Shown piece after piece: positions 20,984 to 33,843 of a stretch of 64,000 bases of DNA. Numbering within the stretch: the stretch's first letter is position 1; each line of letters begins with the position of its first letter. Source of the stretch: Alphaproteobacteria bacterium MarineAlpha5_Bin9 (GTDB taxonomy: Bacteria > Pseudomonadota > Alphaproteobacteria > HIMB59 > GCA-002718135); the NCBI GenBank assembly GCA_002937895.1, contig PTKV01000001.1, positions 4,057 to 68,056 of the forward strand, in the 5' to 3' direction. The position numbers and the translations under genes are program-made. Below the pieces are notes generated by a model. The model did no database searches and was not told the DNA's origin. It saw only the letters and a list, made by a program, of their open reading frames with translations.

Positions 20984-21643
20984 ATGAAATTTTTTGTGGA
21001 TACTGCAAATATAAATGAGATAGAAAACCTTGTCCCAACAGGCTTTGTTGATGGAGTAACAACAAACCCATCATTAATAGCTAAACAAGGTGGGGATATT
21101 AAACAAACCATAAAAAGTATTTGTTCAATAGTTGAGGGTCCTGTAAGTGCTGAAGTTACAGCAACTGAGCATAATAAAATGTTTGAAGAAGGAAAATTTT
21201 TATCTTCAATTGCAAAAAATGTTGCTGTAAAAGTTCCACTCACCGTTGATGGGCTTAAAACTTGCAAAAAACTTCGTAATGAAGGTATTATGGTTAATGT
21301 AACTTTATGTTTTTCTGCTGCTCAAGCACTTTTAGCTGCTAAAGCTGGTGCAACTTTTATATCTCCTTTTGTTGGAAGATTAGATGATATAGGGCAAAAA
21401 GGAATGAATCTTATAGAAGAAATTGTAGTTATTTATGAAAATTATGGTTTTGAAACTCAAGTCTTAGTTGCCTCAATTAGAAATCAAGAGCATATAATTG
21501 AATCAGCATTGATTGGAGCTGATGTTGCTACAATTCCTCCAAAAGTACTAAATGAACTATACAAACATCAACTTACAGATAAAGGCCTAAAAGCTTTTTT
21601 AGAAGACTGGCATAAGACTGGTCAATCTATTTTACCAAAATAA
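20984..21643 (+). CDS. tal: transaldolase, short type 3B (Fsa/TalC-like)
   Basis: 219 aa. [13 protein letters not shown]...GVTTNPSL...VKVP...NVTLCFS...[10 protein letters not shown] is canonical for the short transaldolase/F6P-aldolase family. Confidence 0.88.
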   Translation: MKFFVDTANINEIENLVPTGFVDGVTTNPSLIAKQGGDIKQTIKSICSIVEGPVSAEVTATEHNKMFEEGKFLSSIAKNVAVKVPLTVDGLKTCKKLRNEGIMVNVTLCFSAAQALLAAKAGATFISPFVGRLDDIGQKGMNLIEEIVVIYENYGFETQVLVASIRNQEHIIESALIGADVATIPPKVLNELYKHQLTDKGLKAFLEDWHKTGQSILPK

Positions 21644-22306
21644 ATGGTTAAAAACTCTTACGAAGAATCTATTATAAATTATCTTAAAAAAAATACAAAT
21701 TTTTTTATTAAATATCCAAATTTATTGAATGAATTAAAAATTCCAAATAGTATTGAATTATCAAATAAAATAATAGATTTAAATGCTTATAGATCCAAAA
21801 AGTTTAAAGAAAAATATGATTTAGTTAAAAAGAAATTAACCGAAATAATTAAAATAGATAATTTAAATATAATTTCACGAAACAGAATACTAAAGTCTAC
21901 ATTAAAAATAATCAAAATACAATCAACAAATAAATTACTTGATTTAATAATTGATGATTTTAAATATTTACTAGATTGTGATTTCGTAAGTTTATTTTCT
22001 AATAACAATAATTTAAAAAATAATAAAATAATATGTTTGAGTGATAAAATATCATCAAAATTTTTTAAAGGCAATTTGCAAACAAATTTAGATCAGAGTC
22101 CAAAAGGTTTAATTACTTTTTTCGAAAAAAATTATAAGTTTATAAATTCATATATTTTAATAAAAATAAAATTAAATAATAGTTATCTAATTATTGCTAT
22201 GGGATCTAAAAAAGAAAACAAATTCGAAAAATCTCATAAAGTTGATCTGATTAATTATCTAATCAAGGTATTAGAAATAAAATTCAGTGATCTTGAAAAA
22301 AAATAA
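21644..22306 (+). CDS. DUF484 (YigA-like, GAF-type) family protein
   Basis: 220 aa. The N-terminus IINYLKKNTNFFIKYPNLLNELKIP matches the v..YL..NPdFF..hp.LL..L.lP signature I associate with DUF484. The remainder has low similarity. Confidence 0.5.
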   Translation: MVKNSYEESIINYLKKNTNFFIKYPNLLNELKIPNSIELSNKIIDLNAYRSKKFKEKYDLVKKKLTEIIKIDNLNIISRNRILKSTLKIIKIQSTNKLLDLIIDDFKYLLDCDFVSLFSNNNNLKNNKIICLSDKISSKFFKGNLQTNLDQSPKGLITFFEKNYKFINSYILIKIKLNNSYLIIAMGSKKENKFEKSHKVDLINYLIKVLEIKFSDLEKK

Positions 22307-22311
22307 TGTTT

Positions 22312-23709
22312 TTAAATATGTATAGCTCTACCACTAACATTAAGAGCAGCTTCTTTGACAGCCTCACTAGTGGTTGGGTGAGCATGACAAATTCTGGCTA
22401 TATCTTCAGAACTTCCTCCAAACTCTATAACAGTTACTATTTCTGATATTAGTTGGCCTGCATCATGTCCAATAATATGAGCTCCTAGAATAGTATCATT
22501 TTTTTTATCTGCTAAAATTTTAACAAAGCCTTCTGTGTTTGAAGTCGTCAAGGCACGTCCATTTGCATTAAAGGGAAATTTACCAGAAAAATATTGAGTA
22601 TTTAATTTTTTTAATTCCTCCTCAGTTTTCCCAACTGAGGCTACCTCAGGGCTAGTATATATTATTGCTGGAATTGAATCATAATTAATTTTTGGTTTTT
22701 GACCATTAATCATTTCTACACAAGCAACTCCTTCCTCCTCTGCTTTATGTGCAAGCATAGGCCCCGACACTACGTCCCCTATGGCATATATATCTGCTAC
22801 ACTAGTTTTAAATTCTTTATTAATTTTAATTGCATTATTTTGATCTAAATCAATCCCAATCTTTTCTAAATTCAATTTTTGAGTATTGGGTTGTCTTCCG
22901 ACAGCAACTAATACTATATCATACTTTTCTATAATTTTTTTTTGATTAGATAATGAATTTAAAGTTACTTCAACAAGATTAGATGTTTTTTTTGCAGATA
23001 AAACCTTATGAGAAAAAACAAATTTAATTCCTTGTTTTTTTAAACATTTTAAAAATTCATTAGATATTTCTAGATCCATATTAGGTACTATTCTATCTAA
23101 TGCTTCAACAACAGTAACATCAGCACCTAATCTTGACCAAACAGATCCCATTTCTAAACCAATATAACCTCCTCCAATTACTAACATTTTATTAGGAATT
23201 GTTTTTAGAGACAAGGCTCCAGTTGATGTTATAATTTGTTTTTCATCAATGATAATATTTGGTATTGAAATCGAATTAGATCCTGTAGCAATAATATATT
23301 TTTTTGCAGTGATGTTTATTTTTTTATTTGATTCAATTTTAATAGTTCTTTTATCAACAAATGAAGTTTCTCCTTTTAAAAAAGTAATTTTATTTTTTTT
23401 AAATAAGAATTCAATTCCAGAAGTTAATTTTTTTACAATTTGATTTTTTCTATTCATTAATTCGGAAAGATTCAAATCAACTTTATCAATCTTAATTCCA
23501 TGTTCATTATAATGATTTAATACATCTAAATACTTTTCAGAGGAATTTAACAATGCTTTTGAAGGAATACAGCCTATATTTAAACAAGTTCCCCCTAAAG
23601 TATTGTTCTTTTCAATACAAGCTACTTTCATCCCTAATTGAGCTGCTCTTATTGATGCTACATAACCACCAGGGCCAGAACCAATTACAACTAGATCATA
23701 ATCAAACAT
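22312..23709 (-). CDS. lpdA: dihydrolipoyl dehydrogenase (E3)
   Basis: 465 aa. GSGPGGY FAD motif, redox-active GGTCLNIGCIPSK, C-terminal HAHPTTSE. Confidence 0.96.
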   Translation of the reverse strand: MFDYDLVVIGSGPGGYVASIRAAQLGMKVACIEKNNTLGGTCLNIGCIPSKALLNSSEKYLDVLNHYNEHGIKIDKVDLNLSELMNRKNQIVKKLTSGIEFLFKKNKITFLKGETSFVDKRTIKIESNKKINITAKKYIIATGSNSISIPNIIIDEKQIITSTGALSLKTIPNKMLVIGGGYIGLEMGSVWSRLGADVTVVEALDRIVPNMDLEISNEFLKCLKKQGIKFVFSHKVLSAKKTSNLVEVTLNSLSNQKKIIEKYDIVLVAVGRQPNTQKLNLEKIGIDLDQNNAIKINKEFKTSVADIYAIGDVVSGPMLAHKAEEEGVACVEMINGQKPKINYDSIPAIIYTSPEVASVGKTEEELKKLNTQYFSGKFPFNANGRALTTSNTEGFVKILADKKNDTILGAHIIGHDAGQLISEIVTVIEFGGSSEDIARICHAHPTTSEAVKEAALNVSGRAIHI

Positions 23710-24914
23710 TATATTCCAAGAATTAAAGATGATGGATGTTCTAACAATTCCTTGATTTTTATAAGAAAACCAACACTTTCTTTGCCATCAACAATTCGAT
23801 GATCATAGCTTAAAGCTAAATACATTATTGGTCTAATTACTATTTCATCGGAAACAACAAAAGGTCTTTTAACAATATTATGCATTCCTAGTATTCCAGA
23901 TTGAGGGCTATTAATAATAGGGGTGCTAAGCATTGAACCATAAACCCCTCCATTAGTAATAGTAAAAGTCCCACCTGAAAGATCTTTCATTGTTAATTGA
24001 CCACTTTTTGCTTTATCGCTTAATTCAATAATTTTTTTTTCAATTTCACCAAAAGTCATATTATTTGCAGATTTTAAAACTGGCACAACCAAACCTTTTT
24101 CAGTTCCAACAGCAATTCCAATATCAAAATGATTCTTATAAATAATTTTTTCATCTCTGATTTCAGAATTTACTGCGGGATACTCCTTAAGTGCCAAAAT
24201 TGAAGCCTTAATAAAGAAGGACATTAAACCTAATTTAACCCCATATCTTTCAAAAAATTCATTTTTCTTTAAATTTCTTACCTTTATTATTTCACTCATA
24301 TCTACTTCGTTAAAAGTTGTTAAAATTGCAGCAGTATTTTGAGACTTTTTTAATTTTAGAGCAATAGTTTGTCTAATTTTTGACATTGGAACTATTTCTT
24401 CTTTTTCATCTTTTTGCGATTCCTGACTTAGTGGATCTTTTAAATATTCAACAACATCAGATTTATTGATTCTACCATCTTTCCTTGAGGATTTTATTTG
24501 AGTAACATCTATATTTTTTTCATCTAAAAGCTTTTCGGCTGATGGTGATAGTTTAGCACTGTTAAATGGACTATTAACTCCATTATCATTTTTATTAACA
24601 TTTTGACGTAATGTATGTTGTGATTCAAGATTATAATCTTTTGGAGGGGCTTGTTTTTTTGAAGATTTTAAATTATCTGATTTTTCTATTATTCCAAGTA
24701 CTCCTCCAATATTTACATCGTTACCTTCTTTGATTTTTATTTCGGATAAAATCCCAGCAGCTGGTGCAGGAACCTCAACCGTAATTTTATCTGTTTCAAT
24801 CTCAACTAAAGGATCATCAACTTCAAATGAATCTCCTACTTTTTTTAACCACTTAGATACTGTAGCCTCAGTTATAGATTCTCCTAGAGAAGGAACAATA
24901 ATTTTTAATGACAT
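23709..24914 (-). CDS. sucB: 2-oxoglutarate dehydrogenase E2, dihydrolipoamide succinyltransferase
   Basis: 401 aa. Lipoyl domain [12 protein letters not shown], and catalytic domain ending [12 protein letters not shown]. Confidence 0.95.
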   Translation of the reverse strand: MSLKIIVPSLGESITEATVSKWLKKVGDSFEVDDPLVEIETDKITVEVPAPAAGILSEIKIKEGNDVNIGGVLGIIEKSDNLKSSKKQAPPKDYNLESQHTLRQNVNKNDNGVNSPFNSAKLSPSAEKLLDEKNIDVTQIKSSRKDGRINKSDVVEYLKDPLSQESQKDEKEEIVPMSKIRQTIALKLKKSQNTAAILTTFNEVDMSEIIKVRNLKKNEFFERYGVKLGLMSFFIKASILALKEYPAVNSEIRDEKIIYKNHFDIGIAVGTEKGLVVPVLKSANNMTFGEIEKKIIELSDKAKSGQLTMKDLSGGTFTITNGGVYGSMLSTPIINSPQSGILGMHNIVKRPFVVSDEIVIRPIMYLALSYDHRIVDGKESVGFLIKIKELLEHPSSLILGI

Positions 24915-24943
24915 ATGTTTATATATTTAACATTTTGTGATGA

Positions 24944-27832
24944 TTATTCAATTGGCAGTTCATATTTAATTAAAGATACGCCTTCCCATGATTCTTTGAT
25001 TTCATCTATTTTTGCTTGTGTAGCTAGTCTTATGATGTTTTTTTGATTTTGTAAATGTCTCTGGAAAATACCTGTTGCTGAAGAGGCAGCAGCCTTTCTG
25101 CCAATGAATAATAAATTCTTTTGATTAAATTTGATTGATTTCATAGTACTTTCAACTCTACTTCTAATAAATCCCCAAGCACCCATATTTTTTGGTTCTT
25201 CTTGAACCCATATTATTTCACAGTTTAAATTATTTTTAAGTTCAGATTTTAAAGCTTCATATGGAAATGGATATAGTTGCTCTAATCTTAAAATAAACAC
25301 GTCTTTTATCTTTGATTCTTCCAAATAATCTTGCAACTCAAAATAAATTTTTCCAGAACATAATAGTAAACGTTTTGCATTTTTTTTATCTGAATAATTG
25401 GAGATAATTCTATGAAAGGTAGAATTATTTGTAAAATGCTCAATTGGGGAAATATTCTTTTTATGTCTTAAAGTAGATTTAGGAGTTAAAATTACAAGAG
25501 GTTTTCTAAATTTTCTATGTATTTGTCTTCTTAAAGCATGAAAATAGTTTGCAGGGGTAGTGCAATTAATTATTTGCATATTATCTTCAGCACACATTTG
25601 CAAAAATCTTTCTAATCTGCTGCTGCTATGCTCCGGGCCTTGTCCTTCATGCGCATGTGGTAATAAAAGAGTTAAACCTGACATTTTTAACCATTTTCTT
25701 TCTCCAGTAGCAATAAATTGATCTATTATTGTTTGTGCATTATTTGCAAAATCTCCAAATTGAGCCTCCCACAACACTAAAGTATTAGGATCAGCTTGAG
25801 AATAACCATATTCAAAACCTAGAACTCCCATCTCTGATAAGAAGCTATCAATTATTTCAAAATATCCTTGCTTTGGTAAAAAATGTCTTAAAGGTACATA
25901 TCTTTTCTCATTAATTTGATCATATAAAACTGCATGTCTTTGACTAAAAGTACCTCTTCCACTATCCTGTCCTGATAATCTAACTCCATAACCCTCACTT
26001 AATAAAGATGCAAAAGCTAAAGACTCAGCTGTTGACCAATCTATTGCTTTTCTCTCTTCAACTGATTCTTTTCTCTGTTTATATATTCTCTCAATTTTTT
26101 TGTGAACATTAAAACCTAAAGGTATTTTATGAATCGCAGAGTTTATAGAAATTAGATCTTTTTCTTTTATTGATGTTAAACCTCTTCTAGATCCTAATGT
26201 TGCTGTAGATAAACCTGACCAGCTACCCTCAAACCAATCCACATCAGATTTGAAGGAAGAAGCATTTTCAAACTCATTATTTAAAAAATTTTCAAATTCA
26301 TTTTTTTTATTTTCACATTCATTATCATTTAATATTTTTTGATCGATTAATTGTTTTTTATATTTTTCTAGAGTCGTTGGATGCTTTTTAATTTTCTGAT
26401 ACATAAGTGGCTGTGTAAATGAAGGTTCATCAGATTCATTATGACCTGAGCGACGATAACAAAACATATCTACCACTACATCTTCTTTAAATTTATTTCT
26501 AAACTCTGTAGCTATTCTACAAACATGAACAACTGCTTCGGGATTATCTCCATTTACATGAAAAATAGGCGCTTGAACCATTTTTGCGATTTCTGTACAA
26601 TAAGGAGCTGAACGACCATAGAGTGGCATTGTTGTAAATCCAATTTGATTATTTATAACAAAATGAATAGTGCCTCCTGTTCTAAAGCCTCTTAACTGAG
26701 ACATTGCAAAAGTTTCTGCCACAACCCCTTGACCTGCAATAGCTGCATCTCCATGAATTAACAATCCAAAAACTTTATCACAGGTTTTATCTTTAAGTTC
26801 AGTTTGCTTTGCTCGAACCTTACCCATAACAACTGGGTTTACAGCTTCTAAATGAGAAGGGTTAGGAGTGAGTGATAAATGAATTTTATTTTCATTAAAC
26901 TCCCTATCTGTAGAGGCACCTAAATGATATTTGACATCTCCAGATCCTAAAAACTCATTGGGATCATTTAAGTCTCCTCTAAATTTCGATAAAATACTTT
27001 TATAAGACATGCCTAAAACAGTAGCCAATAATGTTAATCTTCCTCTATGAGCTGTTCCTATAAAAATATTTTCAACTCCATTTAAACATGCTTGTTTTAC
27101 TATTTGTTCAATACCTGGAATCATTGACTCTCCACCAATAAGGCCATATCTTTTTGAACCTACAAATTTTTTATCTAAAAATTTTTCAAATAACTCTGAT
27201 TGAAGCAAACGATCAAATATAGCTATTTTGCCTTTATTAGTAAATAAAGTTTTATTTCTAACTTCTTCTATTCTTTCTTGAACCCATTGCTTTTGTTCTG
27301 GAACTTGAATATGTTGAAATTCAACTCCAATTGAAGCAGAATAGGTGTCTTTTAATATTTTTAAAATATTTCTTAATGATGTATTCTCTAAACCTAAACT
27401 TCCATCTATAAAAATATCTTTATCTAAATCATTTTCCGTAAATCCATAAAATTTATAATCTAGTTCAGAGTGGTAATTATTTGGCTGTAATTTAAGTGGA
27501 TCAAGATCAGCAATTAAATGTCCTATAATTCTATAAGCTCTAATTAATCTTAAAGCTCTAATTGAATCTAAAGTTGAATTAATAAATGATTCTTTTTTAT
27601 ATTTTTTGTCAAAATTAGATTTATTCAAATTTTTTGTATGTTCAATAACTTTAGATGGACGTTTTTTCCATTCTGGACCTCTAAAATCTTTTATTACTGA
27701 AATTTCATCTTCATTTAGGGAATCAAAAAAACTTGCCCATTCCTTATCTATTGAATTTGAGTCTTCGATATATTTGAAAAATAATTCAGCTACATATAAT
27801 GCATTTGTGCTGTTTAAAAAATTAGTTTCCAT
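24944..27832 (-). CDS. sucA: 2-oxoglutarate dehydrogenase E1 component
   Basis: 962 aa. Length and motifs (RAYRIIGH, HGDAAIAGQGVV, LLLPHAHEGQGPEHSS) are typical of SucA. Confidence 0.96.
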   Translation of the reverse strand: METNFLNSTNALYVAELFFKYIEDSNSIDKEWASFFDSLNEDEISVIKDFRGPEWKKRPSKVIEHTKNLNKSNFDKKYKKESFINSTLDSIRALRLIRAYRIIGHLIADLDPLKLQPNNYHSELDYKFYGFTENDLDKDIFIDGSLGLENTSLRNILKILKDTYSASIGVEFQHIQVPEQKQWVQERIEEVRNKTLFTNKGKIAIFDRLLQSELFEKFLDKKFVGSKRYGLIGGESMIPGIEQIVKQACLNGVENIFIGTAHRGRLTLLATVLGMSYKSILSKFRGDLNDPNEFLGSGDVKYHLGASTDREFNENKIHLSLTPNPSHLEAVNPVVMGKVRAKQTELKDKTCDKVFGLLIHGDAAIAGQGVVAETFAMSQLRGFRTGGTIHFVINNQIGFTTMPLYGRSAPYCTEIAKMVQAPIFHVNGDNPEAVVHVCRIATEFRNKFKEDVVVDMFCYRRSGHNESDEPSFTQPLMYQKIKKHPTTLEKYKKQLIDQKILNDNECENKKNEFENFLNNEFENASSFKSDVDWFEGSWSGLSTATLGSRRGLTSIKEKDLISINSAIHKIPLGFNVHKKIERIYKQRKESVEERKAIDWSTAESLAFASLLSEGYGVRLSGQDSGRGTFSQRHAVLYDQINEKRYVPLRHFLPKQGYFEIIDSFLSEMGVLGFEYGYSQADPNTLVLWEAQFGDFANNAQTIIDQFIATGERKWLKMSGLTLLLPHAHEGQGPEHSSSRLERFLQMCAEDNMQIINCTTPANYFHALRRQIHRKFRKPLVILTPKSTLRHKKNISPIEHFTNNSTFHRIISNYSDKKNAKRLLLCSGKIYFELQDYLEESKIKDVFILRLEQLYPFPYEALKSELKNNLNCEIIWVQEEPKNMGAWGFIRSRVESTMKSIKFNQKNLLFIGRKAAASSATGIFQRHLQNQKNIIRLATQAKIDEIKESWEGVSLIKYELPIE

Positions 27833-27872
27833 ATCTTTCTATATTCCAATTATAAAAAAGATACTATACAAT

Positions 27873-28766
27873 CTAATTAATCCTATCATGCCATTCTTGC
27901 ATTGCTTTAAGCATTGTTTCCCCAAGTTTAGCTGGAGATGGAGCTATTAAAACACCTGCTTTTTTTAATGCATCAATTTTTGATACAGCCGTACCCTTAT
28001 TGCCAGAAATTATAGCTCCTGCATGACCCATACGTTTTCCTTTTGGAGCAGAAAGACCTGCAATAAATGCTGAAATGGGTTTTTTAATTTTAGTATTTTT
28101 AATAAATTCGGCTGCTTCTTCTTCGGCAGTTCCACCAATTTCACCTATTATTAAAATACCTTTAGTTGCCTCATCTCTTAAAAACATTTGAATACAATCA
28201 ATAAAATTTAATCCATGTATAGGATCCCCGCCTATTCCGATACATGTTGTTTGACCTAATCCAATTTGAGATGTTTGCCAAACTGCTTCATAAGTTAATG
28301 TGCCCGATCTACTCACTATTCCTACTTTTCCTTTTTTATGAATAAATCCTGGCATTATTCCAATTTTACATTCATCTGGAGTTATCAAGCCTGGGCAATT
28401 AGGGCCAATAAAATATGTTTTTTTATCTACTATTCTTTTTTTTATTTCTACCATATCTAAAACTGGAATCCCTTCTGTAATACAAACAATAATTTTTATA
28501 TCTGAGTCTAAAGCTTCATGAATTGCTTTTGTAGCATATTTTGCTGGCACATAAATTACTGTTGCATCTACTTTAGTATAATTTACTGCTTCTTTCACTT
28601 TATCAAAAACCGGGAGACCTAAATGAGATGTGCCCCCTTTTCCAGGTGTGACTCCAGCAACCATATTCGTTCCATAATCTATAGCTTGTTGAGAATGAAA
28701 AGTTCCTTGTGACCCTGTAAATCCCTGACATAAGACTTTTGTATTTTTATTTATAATTATAGACAT
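27873..28766 (-). CDS. sucD: succinyl-CoA synthetase subunit alpha
   Basis: 297 aa. [21 protein letters not shown], and the phosphohistidine loop MGHAGAI. Confidence 0.97.
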   Translation of the reverse strand: MSIIINKNTKVLCQGFTGSQGTFHSQQAIDYGTNMVAGVTPGKGGTSHLGLPVFDKVKEAVNYTKVDATVIYVPAKYATKAIHEALDSDIKIIVCITEGIPVLDMVEIKKRIVDKKTYFIGPNCPGLITPDECKIGIMPGFIHKKGKVGIVSRSGTLTYEAVWQTSQIGLGQTTCIGIGGDPIHGLNFIDCIQMFLRDEATKGILIIGEIGGTAEEEAAEFIKNTKIKKPISAFIAGLSAPKGKRMGHAGAIISGNKGTAVSKIDALKKAGVLIAPSPAKLGETMLKAMQEWHDRIN

Positions 28767-28767
28767 T

Positions 28768-29955
28768 TTATTTTTTTATTAAATCAACAACTTTTTTTGC
28801 TGCCTCTGAAAAATCCTCTATAGAAAAAATATTTAAAGAAGATTCATTGATTATATCTCTTCCTTTAGAGGCATTTGTACCTTGAAAGCGTATAACCAAA
28901 GGTAATTTAAAATTTAGTTCTTTAATTGCTTCAACAATTCCAGTCGCGATAATATCACAACGAACAATTCCTCCAAAAATGTTAATTAAAACTGATTTTA
29001 CTTTTTCATCTGATTGAATTATTTTAAAAGCCTTAACAACTCGATCTTTGTTTGCTGTTCCTCCTAAATCTAAAAAGTTAGCAGGTTCTTCGCCAAAATT
29101 TTTAATTATATCCATAGTAGCCATCGCAAGTCCGGCACCATTTACAATACATCCTATAGAGCCGTTAAGTTTAACATAATTCATTTGATTTCTAGTTGCC
29201 TCTAGTTCAAAAGGATTTTCTTCAGAAATATCTTTTAGTTTTTCAATTTCAGGATGTCGAAATAAAGCATTATCATCAATTGAAATTTTTGAATCTAACA
29301 AAAAAAATTCATTATTATTATCTAATACTAGAGGATTTATTTCTATAGAAGTAGCATCTAAACTTTTAAAAGCTTTAACTAAATTAATACAAATATTAAC
29401 AAATTTTTCATATTGATTTTCTGTTAAACTGAGTTTTGATTTTAGATTTGCAGGTAATTCAAATTCATCCAACATAGATAAAAGAATTTTTTCAATTTTT
29501 TCAGGACTTTTTAAAGCTATCTCTTCTATATCTATTCCACCTTCGCTTGAAATTATCATCATAGGTTTTGATTTTGATCGATCTATTAAAACACTTAAAT
29601 AAAATTCTTTTAATATTGTGCATCCTTGTTCAATAAAAATTCTACTTACTTTTTTTCCATCTTTTCCTGTTTGTTTTGTTATTAAAGTGTTGCCCAGCAT
29701 CATCTTAGCAATCTCTAAAACATCTTTTTTTTTCGAAATTACTTGAACACCCCCATTTTTATTAAAATTATTTTTGAAATATCCAGCTCCTCTTCCGCCT
29801 GCATGAATTTGAGCTTTTACTACCCAAGGAGGTCCTTTTAATGTTTCTAGATCCTTTTCGACACTTGATAAATCATTTATATAATATTTGCCTTTCAAAA
29901 TAGGTAAATTGAAATCCTTCAAAATTGCTTTTGCCTGATATTCATGAAGATTCAT
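28768..29955 (-). CDS. sucC: succinyl-CoA synthetase subunit beta
   Basis: 395 aa. [10 protein letters not shown]-terminus, ATP-grasp region, and GGIVRCD near the C-terminus. Confidence 0.97.
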   Translation of the reverse strand: MNLHEYQAKAILKDFNLPILKGKYYINDLSSVEKDLETLKGPPWVVKAQIHAGGRGAGYFKNNFNKNGGVQVISKKKDVLEIAKMMLGNTLITKQTGKDGKKVSRIFIEQGCTILKEFYLSVLIDRSKSKPMMIISSEGGIDIEEIALKSPEKIEKILLSMLDEFELPANLKSKLSLTENQYEKFVNICINLVKAFKSLDATSIEINPLVLDNNNEFFLLDSKISIDDNALFRHPEIEKLKDISEENPFELEATRNQMNYVKLNGSIGCIVNGAGLAMATMDIIKNFGEEPANFLDLGGTANKDRVVKAFKIIQSDEKVKSVLINIFGGIVRCDIIATGIVEAIKELNFKLPLVIRFQGTNASKGRDIINESSLNIFSIEDFSEAAKKVVDLIKK

Positions 29956-29962
29956 TATAACT

Positions 29963-30907
29963 TCAAACTAATTTTAAAGCTTTCTTAGTTAGTTGTTTAA
30001 CAGCCTGTATTGATTTATTAAATTTTTTTCTTTCTTGATCATTTAAACTTAATTCGATTATCTTTTCTACCCCTTTTTTCCCTATTATGACTGGAACCCC
30101 TACATAAAAGTCTTTAACACCATATTCTCCATTTAAATAAGCCGCACAAGGCAAAAGCATTTTTTTATTTTTTAAATAAGACTCTGCCATCTGCACTGCT
30201 GATGATGCAGGTGCATAAAAAGCAGTTCCTTTTTTTAAAAGTCTATTTATTTCACCGCCACCATCTTGAGTTCTTTTAATAATACTATTTAGTTTTGAAT
30301 GAGATATCATTTTATTTTTTATAAATTTTTCAATGGGAATTCCTGAAATTTTTGTATATCTTAACATTGGAACCATGGTATCTCCGTGCCCCCCTAATAC
30401 AAAAGTTTCAATATTTTGAATAGATACTTTTAATTCTTGAGCTATAAAATATTTCATTCTAGAACTATCAAGTATTCCGGCCATACCAACACACATATTG
30501 GGTTTTACTTTTGAGGAAAATTGGAGAACACTTACCATAGCATCAAGAGGATTAGTTATACAAATCAAAAAAGCTTTGGGACAAAATTTCTTTATTGCCT
30601 TACCTACATCAGATATAATTTTAGTATTAGTTTCTAATAAGTCGTCTCTTGTCATTCCTGGTAATCTAGGAATGCCTGCGGTGATAATAACTACATCTGA
30701 ATCCTTCATTGCAGAATAGTTATTAGAACCTTGTATTTTTAAATCAAATAATTCTACTGATGAAGATTGAGAAATATCAAGAGCTTTTCCTTGTGGAATT
30801 CCTTTGGCAACATCAATTAAAGTTATATTTGCAAGATCCTTTAAAGCGATTAAATGTGCTAAAGTTCCTCCAATATTTCCAGCTCCTATAAGCGATATTT
30901 TTTTCAT
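29963..30907 (-). CDS. mdh: malate dehydrogenase (LDH-like type)
   Basis: 314 aa. KISLIGAGNIGGTLA, ITAGIPRLPGMTRDDL, GGHGDTMVP. Confidence 0.95.
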   Translation of the reverse strand: MKKISLIGAGNIGGTLAHLIALKDLANITLIDVAKGIPQGKALDISQSSSVELFDLKIQGSNNYSAMKDSDVVIITAGIPRLPGMTRDDLLETNTKIISDVGKAIKKFCPKAFLICITNPLDAMVSVLQFSSKVKPNMCVGMAGILDSSRMKYFIAQELKVSIQNIETFVLGGHGDTMVPMLRYTKISGIPIEKFIKNKMISHSKLNSIIKRTQDGGGEINRLLKKGTAFYAPASSAVQMAESYLKNKKMLLPCAAYLNGEYGVKDFYVGVPVIIGKKGVEKIIELSLNDQERKKFNKSIQAVKQLTKKALKLV

Positions 30908-30911
30908 TTTT

Positions 30912-31688
30912 TTAAAGATTTGTCACAATTTGTTTTTTTAGTTTTGCAATGGCTTTTCCTGGATTAAGCCCTTTAGGACATGAGCTTGCACAATTCATAA
31001 TAGAATGACAATTATGAATATTTGAATTTTTTTCGATATATTTCAATCTTTTTTTCTTTTCTTGATCTCTACTATCATTTACCCATCTAGAAGCTTGTAA
31101 TAGTGCTGCGGGTCCTAAATATTTATCTCCATTCCACCAATAACTTACACATGAAGTAGTGCAGCAAAAACACAAAATACATTCCCATAAACCATCAATT
31201 TTAGATCGATCTTTTAATGATTGATTTTGTTCTTGATCAGAAATTTTTCCAAAATTATTTTGAAGCCATGGTTCTATAAATTTTAGTTGATTAAAAGCAT
31301 GACTAAGATCAACGACTAAATCTTTAATTACTGGTAAGTGAGTAAGGGGGAAAATATTGATATCTTTTTTAATTTCATTAATATTTTTTTGACAAGCTAA
31401 AGTATTTCTGCCATCTATATTCATAGCACATGAACCACAAACACCTTCTCTGCATGATCTTCTAAAAGTTAAAGATGAATCTATGTCATCTTTTATTAAT
31501 ATCAGCGCATCTAAAACCATTTGACCACAATTGTCTAAATCAATTTCAAATGTATCTATTTTTGGATTTTTATTATTTTCAGGATTCCACCTATAAACAT
31601 TTATTTTTTTTAATCTTTTAGGATTATCAATTTTATAATAGTTTCCTTTTTTATATATTGAGTTATTAGGTAGACTAATTTGAGCCAT
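30912..31688 (-). CDS. sdhB: succinate dehydrogenase iron-sulfur subunit
   Basis: 258 aa. The 2Fe-2S ([15 protein letters not shown]), 4Fe-4S ([11 protein letters not shown]) and 3Fe-4S ([12 protein letters not shown]) cysteine clusters are present. Confidence 0.96.
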   Translation of the reverse strand: MAQISLPNNSIYKKGNYYKIDNPKRLKKINVYRWNPENNKNPKIDTFEIDLDNCGQMVLDALILIKDDIDSSLTFRRSCREGVCGSCAMNIDGRNTLACQKNINEIKKDINIFPLTHLPVIKDLVVDLSHAFNQLKFIEPWLQNNFGKISDQEQNQSLKDRSKIDGLWECILCFCCTTSCVSYWWNGDKYLGPAALLQASRWVNDSRDQEKKKRLKYIEKNSNIHNCHSIMNCASSCPKGLNPGKAIAKLKKQIVTNL

Positions 31689-31717
31689 TTATTTAACTTA
31701 TATTATAAGAACAAGCA

Positions 31718-33511
31718 CTAATAAACTCTTTTTTTTGGAGGAATACTTTGTGTATGATTAGTTAAAGTGTTTAAATGAACTGGTCTAGTATTAAACTCTG
31801 TATTTCCATCTTCCCTAAGCCAAGTTAATGAATGAACTAGCCATTTATCATCATCTCTATTTGGAAAATCTTCACGAGCATGAGCTCCTCGACTTTCATT
31901 TCTATTAATTGCAGATGCAAGAGTTACTTTTGATTGAGCTATCAAATTATCTAATTCTAAAGCCTCAACTAAATCAGTATTAAATATTGTTGACTTGTCT
32001 GTGATAGAAACATCATTAAACATGTCAAAAACATCATTAATTTTTTCAATGCCTTTAGATAAAGTTTCCTTGTTTCTAAATACTCCGCAGTGTTTTTGCA
32101 TTATTTTTTGCATTTTTAATCTAATTTTACCAACTTTATTTTCACCTTTTGAATTTCTGAGATTATCAAAACGACTAATAATTTTATCTATGTAATCTTT
32201 TTCAATTTTTGAATATGATTTATATGATTTTATTTTTTCTTTAGCGGTAATGCTTGCTCTTTTGCCAAAAACAACAAGATCAATTAATGAATTAGTTCCA
32301 AGTCTATTAGCTCCATGAACTGACACACATGCTGCTTCGCCTATAGCTAAAAGACCCTCATATATTTTTTCTTTATCATTTATAGAAGGTGATAAGACTT
32401 CAGTTCTATAATTTGTTGGAATTCCCCCCATATTATAATGAACTGTAGGTATTACAGGAATAGGCTGATTTGAGGCATCTATGTCAGTAAATATTTTTGC
32501 ATGCTCTATTACTCCAGGCAATCTCTTATGTAAAATTTGAGAGTCTATATGTTCTAAATGTAGTAGTACATGATCTTGTTCTTCTCCACACCCTCTTCCT
32601 TTATTCACTTCTATTGTTATAGCTCTACTAACAACATCTCTTGATGCAAGATCTTTTACCCTTGGTGCATAATTTTCCATAAACTTATCACCATACTTGT
32701 TGGTTAAATAGCCGCCCTCTCCTCTAGCACCTTCCGTAATTAGAACTCCTATTCCATATAAACCAGTTGGGTGAAATTGGATAAATTCCATGTCAGATAA
32801 GGGTAAGCCACTTCTTAAAGCCATAGCATTTCCATCTCCTGTACATATATGTGCACTTGTTGATGAATAAAATGTTTTGCCATAACCCCCTGTAGCTATA
32901 ATAGTAATATGAGATTGAAAAACGTGTAAGCTTCCATCTTCAAGACACCAAGCAATAACGCCACAACATTTTCCTTCATTATCTTTTAATAAATCTATTA
33001 CAAAATATTCAACAAAAAAATTAACTTTATGTTTTAGAGATTGTTGAAAAAGTGTATGCAATAATGCATGACCAGTTCTATCGGCAGCGGCACAAGCACG
33101 CATAGCTGGATCACCTTCTCCTTTTTGTTTAATGTGGCCACCAAAAGGTCTTTGATATATTTTTCCCTCTGCAGTACGAGTAAAGGGCATTCCATAATGT
33201 TCGAGTTCAATAACAGCTTGAGGAGCATTTGAAGTTAAATATTCAATAGCATCCTGATCACCCAGCCAATCTGAACCTTTAACAGTATCATACATATGCC
33301 ATTCCCAATTGTCATCTCCCATGTTTCCCAAAGCAGCACCTATACCCCCTTGAGCTGCTACTGTATGACTCCTTGTAGGATAAACTTTTGTAATACATGC
33401 AGTTTTAAGTCCTAATTCTGCACATCCTAAAGTAGCGCGAAGTCCTGAACCACCTGCTCCAATAACTAAAACATCATATTGGTGATTCACTATTTTATAA
33501 CTACTAACCAT
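31718..33511 (-). CDS. sdhA: succinate dehydrogenase flavoprotein subunit
   Basis: 597 aa. [11 protein letters not shown], covalent-FAD context [29 protein letters not shown]. Confidence 0.97.
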   Translation of the reverse strand: MVSSYKIVNHQYDVLVIGAGGSGLRATLGCAELGLKTACITKVYPTRSHTVAAQGGIGAALGNMGDDNWEWHMYDTVKGSDWLGDQDAIEYLTSNAPQAVIELEHYGMPFTRTAEGKIYQRPFGGHIKQKGEGDPAMRACAAADRTGHALLHTLFQQSLKHKVNFFVEYFVIDLLKDNEGKCCGVIAWCLEDGSLHVFQSHITIIATGGYGKTFYSSTSAHICTGDGNAMALRSGLPLSDMEFIQFHPTGLYGIGVLITEGARGEGGYLTNKYGDKFMENYAPRVKDLASRDVVSRAITIEVNKGRGCGEEQDHVLLHLEHIDSQILHKRLPGVIEHAKIFTDIDASNQPIPVIPTVHYNMGGIPTNYRTEVLSPSINDKEKIYEGLLAIGEAACVSVHGANRLGTNSLIDLVVFGKRASITAKEKIKSYKSYSKIEKDYIDKIISRFDNLRNSKGENKVGKIRLKMQKIMQKHCGVFRNKETLSKGIEKINDVFDMFNDVSITDKSTIFNTDLVEALELDNLIAQSKVTLASAINRNESRGAHAREDFPNRDDDKWLVHSLTWLREDGNTEFNTRPVHLNTLTNHTQSIPPKKRVY

Positions 33512-33513
33512 AA

Positions 33514-33843
33514 CTAATAATTAAAATTGTTTATAAATATTAAAATAATTGTAAAAACTAAAAAATATAATGATTTAATTATAAATTTAATATTTTTTTC
33601 AATTTTAGTATCACCAAAATAATCATTAATTGCATGAAAAACTTCAATAGAAGTATGCAAAATTGAAAAAATAATTAAAAAAGAAAATAAAAATAAATTT
33701 TTAAAATTTTTAAAAAAAATATCAATTGTTTCATAATCATAATTATCTATCTTATAAGCTTCATTAGCAAGCCAAATAGATAATATAATGATCAGTGATG
33801 TAGAAATACGCTGATATACCCATTTTATTGTTTCAAAAGTCAT
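33514..33843 (-). CDS. sdhD: succinate dehydrogenase membrane anchor subunit
   Basis: 109 aa, three predicted TM helices. The call rests on position between sdhC and sdhA and a 4-bp overlap with sdhC. Confidence 0.8.
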   Translation of the reverse strand: MTFETIKWVYQRISTSLIIILSIWLANEAYKIDNYDYETIDIFFKNFKNLFLFSFLIIFSILHTSIEVFHAINDYFGDTKIEKNIKFIIKSLYFLVFTIILIFINNFNY